Of a DNA stretch of 64,000 bases, positions 28,515 through 37,033 are shown piece after piece (the stretch's first letter is position 1; every line of letters begins with the position of its first letter). This stretch comes from an uncultured Gammaproteobacteria bacterium (GTDB lineage Bacteria > Patescibacteriota > Microgenomatia > Levybacterales > UBA12049). The stretch is taken from contig OZ246394.1 of the NCBI GenBank assembly GCA_965230895.1, positions 712,627 through 776,626 on the forward strand, read 5' to 3'. Made by a program: the position numbers and the translations under genes. Under the pieces are notes generated by a model, which was not told where the DNA came from, ran no database searches, and was given only the letters and a program-made list of their open reading frames with translations.

Positions 28515-29078
28515 ATGAATTATTTAGAGTTTGCCCTCACTGTAGGGAAACTAAAGTCATTGAAGCGCACGGGATGGGTACGAAGGAATGTGCCTGATCC
28601 AGAAAGTGTAGCAGCCCACTCATTTCGTACAGCAGTCCTCGCAATGACCCTTGCTCCCAAAGTCGGTGCAGATAGTAATAAATCAATGAAGATGGCATTA
28701 ATCCATGATATTGGCGAAGCAATCATAGGTGATGTTGTCGTAGCGTCTTGGGATGGCAAGCGATTGGATATGCCAAAGCTTGTTAAAAAGAATGTACAGG
28801 AGGTTGCTGCAATCCATGAAATATTTGCACTTATAAAAGATGTAGATTGTCCCGCACTGTTTGAAGAGTTTCAAAAGAAAAAGAGTCTGGAATCAAAATT
28901 TGTAACGGAAATTGATAAGCTTGATATGGCAATCCAAGCATATGAATACGAGAAAGAATATGGAATTGATTTACAAGCATTTTTTAATAATGTCCAGGCA
29001 ATATTACGATTTAAAGCAGTCAAAGAATTGTTTGATGAAGTGGAAAAGAAGCGTAAAGCCCTCGATATTCAACGGTAA
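28515..29078 (+). CDS. HD-domain hydrolase (HDDC2/YfbR-like 5'-deoxynucleotidase)
   Basis: LKRTGW, ESVAAHS, ALIHDIGEA..GD, DKLD...QA.EYE. Confidence 0.9.
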   Translation: MNYLEFALTVGKLKSLKRTGWVRRNVPDPESVAAHSFRTAVLAMTLAPKVGADSNKSMKMALIHDIGEAIIGDVVVASWDGKRLDMPKLVKKNVQEVAAIHEIFALIKDVDCPALFEEFQKKKSLESKFVTEIDKLDMAIQAYEYEKEYGIDLQAFFNNVQAILRFKAVKELFDEVEKKRKALDIQR

Positions 29079-30776
29079 TTATTTTTCCTCAGTAATCGGT
29101 TCTGTCGGTGGAATGCCATAATATGTCAAAATATTCTTTGCTACATTAAAGAAGATCGGTGCTGCAGTTTCAGAGCCATAGATTGAAGTTGAAGGTCGAT
29201 CGACAACAACAAGCATCAAGAATTTGGGATCATCAGCTGGCGCAAAACCGACAAACGATGCAATAGTTTTATTTGGATCATAATGTCCCTCAACCGGAAT
29301 CTGAGCTGTACCTGTTTTCCCAGCAATTCGGTATCCTTTTGGTGCTGCCCACTTTGATTCCCCATCTTCAACAGCCTTTACCATCATTTCAGTCATAACA
29401 CGAGCACTTTTAGCAGAAATTGGTTGACTAAGCTGTTTTGGTGGGATAGGAATGACGTTGCCATCTGCTGTTTGCACACTAGCAACAACATGCGGCTCCA
29501 TCCGTTTCCCGTCATTGGCAATTGCTGAGAACGCAGTAAGCAAATTAATCGGAGTTAAAGTAAGACCTTGTCCAAACGTTGCAGTTGCTTGATCTATCTC
29601 GTACCAACTATCTTTCTCACGTAAACTTGGATAGACTTCGCCTTGCAGGTCAATTCCTGTAGCTTGCCCGACACCAAATTTTTCCATGTACGCAAGCATT
29701 CTATCCAATCCAAGAAGCCGTCCCGTGTAAACCATACCCGTGTTATCGGAATGGACAATAACGTCCGTCATCGTACTATTTGCAGTATACTCATCATTCC
29801 ATGTCTTAATTTTATATCCACTAATTTCAACTGGAGCAGCACAAATCGGACATTGCGTATCAGGTTGGAGAAGACCCGCATCCAGTGCAGAAGCCATAAT
29901 AAGCGGTTTAAACGTTGAACCAGGTTCATATGCAAATGATATAAATGGATTTGAATACAACTTATCCGAAAAATCCTGATACGATCGAGGATCATATGTC
30001 GGATATGAAGACATCGCTAAAATACCACCAGTTTTAGGATCCATGACAGCTGCCATGCCACTTTGTGCGCCATACGCTTGAATACCTTTTTTCAGTTCTT
30101 GATCAAGCATGAATTGAATACGACGATCAATGTGAAGAATGAGATCACGTCCATCAACTTTCTCTGTGCTATCGTTCATATTTGCAAGAATTGGTTGTCC
30201 ACGTGCATCTTTAACGACAATCGCTAAGCCATCTTTCCCTCGAAGTTGTCTATCGTAATAGCCTTCCAGACCAAAATAGCCTTTGTCTTTACCTGCATCA
30301 TCTTTCCCAACAAACCCCAATAAATTAGCAGCTGTAGATGCTTCCGGATAAAAACGAATCGTTTGTTCCTGGAAGCCAACCCCTGGTAACTCTTTCTTTT
30401 CGATTTGCTCCTTCAGTGAGTGCTCTACAGGAGATTTCAGTGGAACCCAAAAACGATCCAATGAAAGTTGTGCACTTACCGTAGCCTTATCAATATCAAG
30501 AAATTTTCCAAGTATTTCAGACTCTTTTTCCTTATCTTTTATCTCTTTCGGATTTGCCCAGACAAGATAGGAAAGCTTATTGGCTGCAATAGCATAATTG
30601 TCTGAAGTTTTGATTTCACCTCGTGTTGCTGTGAGAGTTATCTGCGCATCGTATTGCTCTTGTCCAAGGGAAGCAAGTTCTTGAGCCCGTACAACTTGCC
30701 AATAAAATAGGCGGGAGATAATTAAAGCAAAGAGAAAAAGAAATAAAAGTAATGTAATTCGATATCGCCAAGTCAT
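29079..30776 (-). CDS. ftsI: Class B penicillin-binding protein (division transpeptidase)
   Basis: RG.I, RFYPE, GLE, EPGSTFK (SxxK), SDN (SxN), KTGTAQ; follows the ftsL-like gene. Confidence 0.95.
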   Translation of the reverse strand: MTWRYRITLLLFLFLFALIISRLFYWQVVRAQELASLGQEQYDAQITLTATRGEIKTSDNYAIAANKLSYLVWANPKEIKDKEKESEILGKFLDIDKATVSAQLSLDRFWVPLKSPVEHSLKEQIEKKELPGVGFQEQTIRFYPEASTAANLLGFVGKDDAGKDKGYFGLEGYYDRQLRGKDGLAIVVKDARGQPILANMNDSTEKVDGRDLILHIDRRIQFMLDQELKKGIQAYGAQSGMAAVMDPKTGGILAMSSYPTYDPRSYQDFSDKLYSNPFISFAYEPGSTFKPLIMASALDAGLLQPDTQCPICAAPVEISGYKIKTWNDEYTANSTMTDVIVHSDNTGMVYTGRLLGLDRMLAYMEKFGVGQATGIDLQGEVYPSLREKDSWYEIDQATATFGQGLTLTPINLLTAFSAIANDGKRMEPHVVASVQTADGNVIPIPPKQLSQPISAKSARVMTEMMVKAVEDGESKWAAPKGYRIAGKTGTAQIPVEGHYDPNKTIASFVGFAPADDPKFLMLVVVDRPSTSIYGSETAAPIFFNVAKNILTYYGIPPTEPITEEK

Positions 30777-30830
30777 AGTCTAGTAGTAATAAGTGTATCA
30801 AAGCAGAAACGTTACAGGAAGTCCTTGTAA

Positions 30831-31112
30831 TTATCGCTTAGCCAAAGGTAACGGAGCTGCCATATTAAGATGTGATTTAGCTGGAGCAAATCCCATGGAT
30901 TTAGCCTTGGCATTTATTGTCGTGAATGACGCTGCTTGAAGATACTGTTCTTTCAGCAATTCATTCTCCTTTTTTACTTCCTCAGCTTGATTCTGTAAAT
31001 CAACCAATGCAACACCAGTTGTGGAGATACTGTTTACAAAGTAAATACGGACTACTGACAGGACTACGACGATAAATCCTAGTCCTCCTAATAATAGTAT
31101 TGGTTTTTTCAT
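30831..31112 (-). CDS. FtsL-like small bitopic coiled-coil protein
   Basis: TM helix, coiled coil and A..MGF end; located between rsmH and ftsI. Confidence 0.65.
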   Translation of the reverse strand: MKKPILLLGGLGFIVVVLSVVRIYFVNSISTTGVALVDLQNQAEEVKKENELLKEQYLQAASFTTINAKAKSMGFAPAKSHLNMAAPLPLAKR

Positions 31113-31996
31113 ATTCTTTCAAAAACCCGCAACTTTGAACTTCGTGATCGGCTATTTCCGGCAACTTCCTCTTCTGTCGGTATCACCGGCTTTTTAGTAA
31201 TAATCTTTCCTAAACCTTTTTCTTCAAAATCCAAAAATGCGTGTTTAATAATCCTATCCTCAAGTGAGTGAAATGAGATTACTGCGAGTCTTCCACCTGG
31301 TTCGAGTAACTCAACCGCCTTTGGTAAGGCTTCGCGCACGCTATTCAATTCGTCATTAACAGCAATTCGTAACGCCTGGAATACTTTCGTCGCGGGATGA
31401 ATCCCTTTAGAAGACGAAGGTACAGCTCGCTTAATAATCTCAGCAAGCTCAGTTGTTGTTTCAATCCGCTTTATTTGACGGGCGCGAATAATACTCTCGC
31501 AAATGGCGCGAGCAAATCTCTCTTCACCCAATTTAGTAAATAGTTCATACAGCTCTCCTTTCGTTAAAACATTTATCAGATCTCCTGCTTTAACCTCGAG
31601 TTCGCGGTCCATCCGCATATCAAGAGGAGCTTCTTTCATAAAGCTAAATCCTCTTTCAGCTGCATCAACATGATGGCTTGAGATCCCTAGATCAAAGAGA
31701 ATCCCTGCCACTTTCCCAAACTGATGCTCTTTCGCCAGAACATCAATATCTTTAAAGTTACCTTTTGCTAATACTAAATCCTTTCCAATCTCAAAACTTC
31801 CGGCTTTAAACTTCTCTGCAACGTAATCGAGAGCATCTTGATCTTGATCTATTCCCAAAACCTTTCCGCCTTGTTCCAAAATTAATGTTGTATGCCCTGC
31901 TCCTCCTAACGTTCCATCAAGATATTTCTTCTCAGGTTGTACATTTAGTAACTCAATTGTTTGTCGTAAGAGTACACTTACGTGATAATTATTCAT
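31109..31996 (-). CDS. rsmH: 16S rRNA m4C1402 methyltransferase
   Basis: HVSVLL, DGTLGGAGH, DLGISS, PLDMRMD, HPATKVFQALRIAVNDEL, SFHSLEDR. Confidence 0.98.
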   Translation of the reverse strand: MNNYHVSVLLRQTIELLNVQPEKKYLDGTLGGAGHTTLILEQGGKVLGIDQDQDALDYVAEKFKAGSFEIGKDLVLAKGNFKDIDVLAKEHQFGKVAGILFDLGISSHHVDAAERGFSFMKEAPLDMRMDRELEVKAGDLINVLTKGELYELFTKLGEERFARAICESIIRARQIKRIETTTELAEIIKRAVPSSSKGIHPATKVFQALRIAVNDELNSVREALPKAVELLEPGGRLAVISFHSLEDRIIKHAFLDFEEKGLGKIITKKPVIPTEEEVAGNSRSRSSKLRVFERI

Positions 31997-32007
31997 CCTG
32001 CCTTCTT

Positions 32008-32436
32008 CTATTCAGATTCATTTAGCCTTTCTGCTATTGAATCGATATTCTTTGCCAATTCTTTCTGATGATCCTCCCAATGCTTTTTGTCCCACACTTC
32101 AACAAATCTCTGTATTCCTACAAATATTATTTCATCCTTAATATTCGCAAAATTTCGTAAATACTCCGGAAGCACACATCTTCCCTTACTGTCTAGCTCA
32201 ATATCAGACGCACTTCCCAATAAAAATCGTTGCATCTCACGCGTTGATTTATTTGTAAATGGTTTACCCTCAGTCCCTTCGAGCAATGTTTTCCAATTTT
32301 CTTCCGAGACGATAATCAAACAATTCTCAAAACCTTTCGTAACAATCAACTTATCACCTAGTTCGTCTCTAAATTTTTTCGGTAGTCCTACTTGATGTTT
32401 TTCTCCAATCTTACTTTCGTATTGACCCAACAGCAT
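32008..32436 (-). CDS. mraZ: Transcriptional regulator MraZ
   Basis: LPKKFR, KGFENCL, LDSKGR, VEVWD; first gene of the dcw cluster. Confidence 0.97.
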   Translation of the reverse strand: MLLGQYESKIGEKHQVGLPKKFRDELGDKLIVTKGFENCLIIVSEENWKTLLEGTEGKPFTNKSTREMQRFLLGSASDIELDSKGRCVLPEYLRNFANIKDEIIFVGIQRFVEVWDKKHWEDHQKELAKNIDSIAERLNESE

Positions 32437-32443
32437 ATGATTT

Positions 32444-32483
32444 ATTATCCTACTTTTTCCTACTTTTGACTACCTTTCACTAT
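32444..32483 (-). promoter_or_regulatory. Putative MraZ operator: four 10-bp-phased direct repeats
   Basis: Minus strand ATAGTGAAAG-GTAGTCAAAA-GTAGGAAAAA-GTAGGATAAT, between the promoter and the mraZ ATG. Confidence 0.75.
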
Positions 32484-32510
32484 TGTGCTCTTTCCGTGAA
32501 AAGTTGTCAA
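32482..32510 (-). promoter_or_regulatory. dcw (mraZ) promoter
   Basis: Minus strand TTGACA (32505-32510), 17-nt spacer, CACAAT (32482-32487). Confidence 0.6.
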
Positions 32511-32605
32511 TATATAAGCTGATCAATATAGTGTTTGGAATAAATTAAAAGCACAAAATGTAGCGTTTTAGAATGTAAGAAAAAGTATTATAGGGGTTGT
32601 GAAAA

Positions 32606-33106
32606 TTATTCTTCGACTTGGAGAGTATCTTCAACGTTGTAGATGTTACCGTCGTTCTTTGTTAATTTCAATGTGATGTCGACACTTGTGACGCCTGTAT
32701 CATATCGGCAAACGTTTCGTGAACAGCTTCCAAGATCAAGCTCTTCGGATTCATAACTTGATGCACCTGATTCTACATCAGCCTCTCCAGTAATTCCACG
32801 TTGTACGCGATCTTCTCCACCTTCACTCTTTTCTTGAGCGGTAGAATCTGCTTCGTAAACAAGTTCGTATTCAATTGATTCAATACCTTGTGCTTTTGCA
32901 ATCTTAAACTGTACTTTCTTTTTATCTGGAGTTAGTGACATTGAAAGACCAATCTCTTCAGGTGTAATTGTCTTAACCATTGTTTCAGAAGATTGCTCTT
33001 CAGGTTCTGCGGCATTACGATTTGCTACGAAGTAGAATGCTCCAAGAGCAAGAAGAACAACGACGACTACGCCAACTGCTATGAGGACACTTTTATTCTT
33101 CAACAT
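32606..33106 (-). CDS. Hypothetical membrane-anchored extracytoplasmic protein
   Basis: N-terminal TM helix; acidic beta-rich domain containing LGSCSRNVCRYD. Confidence 0.8.
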   Translation of the reverse strand: MLKNKSVLIAVGVVVVVLLALGAFYFVANRNAAEPEEQSSETMVKTITPEEIGLSMSLTPDKKKVQFKIAKAQGIESIEYELVYEADSTAQEKSEGGEDRVQRGITGEADVESGASSYESEELDLGSCSRNVCRYDTGVTSVDITLKLTKNDGNIYNVEDTLQVEE

Positions 33107-33155
33107 CTCCTACAGAATAACGGAAAGAATGCTCTGCTGTCAAGTAAGTACTGCT

Positions 33156-33188
33156 CTGACCTATTTCTGACATATTGCTGACCTTTCA
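33156..33188 (+). repeat. Three tandem 11-bp imperfect direct repeats (CTGAC core)
   Basis: CTGACCTATTT (33156), CTGACATATTG (33167), CTGACCTTTCA (33178). Confidence 0.65.
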
Positions 33189-33212
33189 AATAAATGGTAG
33201 AGTTTAATTACA

Positions 33213-34880
33213 GTGAAAGAAGGTTGCTCGCGTTCTACTGTCGCTCAAAGATCATCTGAAGGTCGTCCACTCCTACCTCTTTCTGTGGTAAAAAACACCC
33301 GAGAAGTTACGTATACTCCTGAAACAATCCAAGAAGAATGCGGTATTGTAAGTTTTTATAATCCCAACGGCATTAAGCCCGGGGACATGCAAGACATGTT
33401 CACACAATCAATGCAAGGCGTTAAACACCGCGGCCCCCAAGGGGCCGGTTTCGTATTAAGGACTACTGAGGGGCGCATCAGTCGTTTTACTGGCGCAGGC
33501 AAGCTTGAAGAATCAATTCCTCAACGTAAACTCACCGATGAAATCAATGAAGACAAGGTTACTTGGATGATGGGACATACCAGATATGGGACGACTGGTG
33601 GATATGCGAAAGAGAATATTCAACCTTGTATTGCGGAAGCACCCGATGGCTCCCAAATTTACGTTGCACATAACGGGAACTTCTCTGCCACTGAAAAAAT
33701 GAAGACAATACTTGGGAAAGAATACCCTGAAGATGTCAGCGATACCTATTTGTTCACGCAAGTGCTTGCACAAATGGAGGGCGATTCATGGGATGAGAAA
33801 ATTGCAAAAACAATGGCTGCGATTCCAGGAGCAGCAAGCGTTCTTATAGGGATTGGAGACAAACTCTATGCAGCACGCGATAAGAAAGGAATGCGCCCCT
33901 TTGTCGTGGGGAAGAAAGACAACACATGGATGACTGCATCAGAGACACTTGCTTTTGATAAGGCCGGTGCTGAAGTTCACAGAGAAATTTTACCTGGTGA
34001 AATAGTGCGATTTGATGATGATGGAGTAACCATAGTTCAAGCTGGAGATAAGGACCGACAAAGAGAATGTGCTTGGGAAGGAGTCTATTTTATGCGCGGA
34101 GAATCACTGAGTAATCCTTCGTCAGAAGACTTACCTCCCACAGAATGGGTTGAGAACAATGTATTGCGTAGACAAATAGGGGTACAGCTTGCAGAAGAAG
34201 AAAAGGCACGAGAAGAGCATCGTGCCCATTCTGAAGGATCTTCATACAAGCCTTTTAAACCAGACTTTGTAGTAGGTATTCCTCAGTCGGGAATTCCTTT
34301 TGGAGAAGGGTATGCTGAAGGGATGGATGTTCCATATCTTCGTCTTATAGAAAAAGCTTCCCAAGAGAGACAATTCCTCGATCAAGATGTTGCCGGAATT
34401 CAAGGAAAAGTGGCAGATAATTTATTAATAAAAGATACAGAATTTTGGCAAGGAAAAACTGTCGTTTTAGTAGATGATTCTATAGTAAGAGGTAGTGTGT
34501 CTAAAGGCTTAACAGAAGTATTGCAAGAACTTGGAGCAGAGGTACATTGGCGATCAGGATTACCAATGATTATGGATACCTGTCATTTGGGCGTCAGCAT
34601 ACGAGAGGAAAAAGAATTAATTGCAGCTCGAAATCATGGAGACGAATCAGCGATTGCAGAGGAAATTGGCGCAGCAAGTGTTCATTACATAACTGATGAA
34701 GGATTTAATAAAGGCCGTCGTGGAGAGCTTTTCGTAGCACCACAATCAGGCGGAGATGTCTACAAAGCAAACGGTTTATGTGGTGGATGTTTTACTTCAG
34801 GAGAGAGTGATTACGCATATAATCGAGAAGCCTCAGGAGCCACCGATATTTTCCAAAGCTTTAGGCCACAAGCTTCGTAG
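33213..34880 (+). CDS. purF: Amidophosphoribosyltransferase (PurF)-like protein, divergent
   Basis: EE|CGI Ntn nucleophile after a propeptide, HRGPQ, GHTRYGTTG, AHNGN, SDT, ARD..G.RP, ASET, VLVDDSIVRG PRPP motif, four Cys matching Fe-S ligand positions. Confidence 0.85.
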   Translation: MKEGCSRSTVAQRSSEGRPLLPLSVVKNTREVTYTPETIQEECGIVSFYNPNGIKPGDMQDMFTQSMQGVKHRGPQGAGFVLRTTEGRISRFTGAGKLEESIPQRKLTDEINEDKVTWMMGHTRYGTTGGYAKENIQPCIAEAPDGSQIYVAHNGNFSATEKMKTILGKEYPEDVSDTYLFTQVLAQMEGDSWDEKIAKTMAAIPGAASVLIGIGDKLYAARDKKGMRPFVVGKKDNTWMTASETLAFDKAGAEVHREILPGEIVRFDDDGVTIVQAGDKDRQRECAWEGVYFMRGESLSNPSSEDLPPTEWVENNVLRRQIGVQLAEEEKAREEHRAHSEGSSYKPFKPDFVVGIPQSGIPFGEGYAEGMDVPYLRLIEKASQERQFLDQDVAGIQGKVADNLLIKDTEFWQGKTVVLVDDSIVRGSVSKGLTEVLQELGAEVHWRSGLPMIMDTCHLGVSIREEKELIAARNHGDESAIAEEIGAASVHYITDEGFNKGRRGELFVAPQSGGDVYKANGLCGGCFTSGESDYAYNREASGATDIFQSFRPQAS

Positions 34881-36276
34881 CGAAATATTCTTTTAATTCA
34901 GCAATCTTTACTCGCTCTTGTTTCATTGAGTCTCTGTCACGAACAGTAACTGCATCATCTTCAAGAGTTTCAAAGTCAACGGTCACGCACCATGGTGTCC
35001 CGATCTCATCCTGTGCGAGATATCTTTTACCAATATTTCCTCGTGCATCCCAAATAGTCATAAAGTCATTACTTAAGTCTTCAAACAAACCTTGTGCTTT
35101 CTTCACCAATTCTTCTTTGTTTGCAAGAAGTGGGAATACTGCAACTTTGTAAGGAGCGATCTTTGGATCAATCTTAAGGACAGTTCTATTGTCTTCCTCT
35201 GTATACGCATCAGCCAAAACCATAAGCATCAAACGATTTACACCAACAGCTGGTTCAATAACATGTGGAATGATCTTTTTTCCTGTTTGCGGATCAACAA
35301 CTGACAAATCTTTCTTAGCATAATTAATGTGTTGTGTTAAATCGTAATCTGTTCGATATGCAAGTCCCCATAATTCCTTCATTCCAAAAGGGAAATTATA
35401 TTCAAGATCTTCAGTTCGTTTACTGTAAAATGAACGTTCTTCATCACTATGGAGTCTCCATCGAAGATTTTCTTCTTTAATACCTAATTGCTTAGTAACG
35501 AAATCATTCATGCGCTTTTTCCATTCTTCGTACAATGGCTCCCACTCTGTTTCTTCTGGATCGAAGAAGTACTCAATTTCCGCTTGATCGAATTCAATTG
35601 TACGGAAGATAGAATTACCAGGAGTAATTTCGTTACGAAATGATTTACCTTGTTGAGCAATTCCAAAAGGCAATTTCACACGATTTGACGCCAAAACATT
35701 TTTAAAGTTTGTGAAGATTAATTGTGCGGTTTCTCCTCTGAGATATCCACTTCCTTCTGATCCCTCTACGATCCCTAATTGCACTGGGAAAAGTTGATTG
35801 AATTTACGTACTGCAGTCCAATCATGAGCACCGCATTTCGGACAAGGAATCTTTTCCATTTTAATAATGTTCTCGAGCTCTTTGGTACTTAATCCTTCAA
35901 CTTTTCTTTCATCACCTTTTGCTTCAAAGTAGTCTTCAATAATATGATCTGCACGATATCGACTTTTGCAGTTTTTACAATCTACCATCGCATCAGCAAA
36001 ACCAGCCACATGACCTGATGCTTCCCAAATCTTATGATGAGAAATAATACTTCCATCAAGACCTACCATATCAGGACGCTTTTGAACAAAATATCTCCAC
36101 CAGAGATTTTTTATATTGCGGAGTAATTCGGTACCGACTGGACCATAATCATATGTGTTTGCAAGCCCGCCATAGATTTCAGATCCAGGATAAATAAATC
36201 CTCGACGCTTTGCGAGGGAAACGATTTTTTCCATTTTTGCGGGATCAACTGTAGTTTTTGTTTCTTTATCAGCCAT
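34861..36276 (-). CDS. glyS: Glycyl-tRNA synthetase, alpha2 (eukaryote/archaea-like) type
   Basis: LAKRRGFIYPGSEIYGG, YDYGP.G, LRGETAQ, GKSFRNEITP, PHVIEP, IGKRY..QDEIGTP. Confidence 0.97.
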   Translation of the reverse strand: MADKETKTTVDPAKMEKIVSLAKRRGFIYPGSEIYGGLANTYDYGPVGTELLRNIKNLWWRYFVQKRPDMVGLDGSIISHHKIWEASGHVAGFADAMVDCKNCKSRYRADHIIEDYFEAKGDERKVEGLSTKELENIIKMEKIPCPKCGAHDWTAVRKFNQLFPVQLGIVEGSEGSGYLRGETAQLIFTNFKNVLASNRVKLPFGIAQQGKSFRNEITPGNSIFRTIEFDQAEIEYFFDPEETEWEPLYEEWKKRMNDFVTKQLGIKEENLRWRLHSDEERSFYSKRTEDLEYNFPFGMKELWGLAYRTDYDLTQHINYAKKDLSVVDPQTGKKIIPHVIEPAVGVNRLMLMVLADAYTEEDNRTVLKIDPKIAPYKVAVFPLLANKEELVKKAQGLFEDLSNDFMTIWDARGNIGKRYLAQDEIGTPWCVTVDFETLEDDAVTVRDRDSMKQERVKIAELKEYFATKLVA

Positions 36277-36313
36277 GAAAGTATTATAACACGGAAGTTA
36301 GAGAAAGTGTCGA

Positions 36314-36982
36314 TTACTGAAGCTTGGAGAAAATATTGTGCGATTTTAATTTCCGCTCGAGAATACTTTCGATCATTGAATGTGTATCGAAATTTTTTGA
36401 AAGCGGATCGGATTTATTCCAATAGCCCAGTTCTGAAAGTAATTCAATTTCAAAATGGTGGAGCGTTTCATGAAGGCTTCCATCCATACGAGGGGCCGAA
36501 ACTTTTGGAGCATCATGTGTAGTCAAACCAAATGTCCCAATCGTATAATCATCAATATCCGAATGTATTTTTGTGGAAACTATCGGCATAACAACATCCT
36601 GAACAGCTAAACGGTTCAAAGTATTTTTGAGAAGATAAAAGACATTACTATTTTCCTGCTCTTCAGGGCAAAGTCCATCAACTAATTCGCAAAGATGATA
36701 CGCAAATCCAACTTTGGTGAAGTCCTGCTTAATCTTTGAATGATCATCAAGCATTTTCACTTCAGTGAGCACATGCATTCCCTTTCCCTTATAAAGATTG
36801 AGCGTTGCATGGTTGAGAAGTTCAATATGTGCAGATCGACGGCTTGTTATTTTACGGACACCTGTTGCCTTAACAGTTAATTTACCAAAATGTGGAGTAA
36901 TAACGGTTACTAAACGATCTGCTTCCCCAAGATTTTTTCTTTTAATTATTATTCCTTCTGTCCGGGTGTTACGCATTGGCAT
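36314..36982 (-). CDS. recO: DNA repair protein RecO
   Basis: TEGIIIKRKNLGEADRLV..T...GKL...A.GVRK..SR, C-terminal ERKLKS. Confidence 0.92.
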   Translation of the reverse strand: MPMRNTRTEGIIIKRKNLGEADRLVTVITPHFGKLTVKATGVRKITSRRSAHIELLNHATLNLYKGKGMHVLTEVKMLDDHSKIKQDFTKVGFAYHLCELVDGLCPEEQENSNVFYLLKNTLNRLAVQDVVMPIVSTKIHSDIDDYTIGTFGLTTHDAPKVSAPRMDGSLHETLHHFEIELLSELGYWNKSDPLSKNFDTHSMIESILERKLKSHNIFSKLQ

Positions 36983-37033
36983 TATTTAAGTATACCAGTT
37001 CGAGGAGAAGCAATCGAGCTGAGCAATAGAAGA

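Noticed and set aside
27783-29078. Opposite-strand block as a mobile element or defence cassette
   Set aside because: No transposase, integrase, terminal repeats or recognisable defence domains; the genes are ordinary housekeeping-type families.
32511-32605. Longer intergenic stretch as a possible tRNA, ncRNA or CRISPR remnant
   Set aside because: No cloverleaf, T-loop motif, stable stem or repeat-spacer pattern. The same holds for 14642-14736 and 39044-39150.
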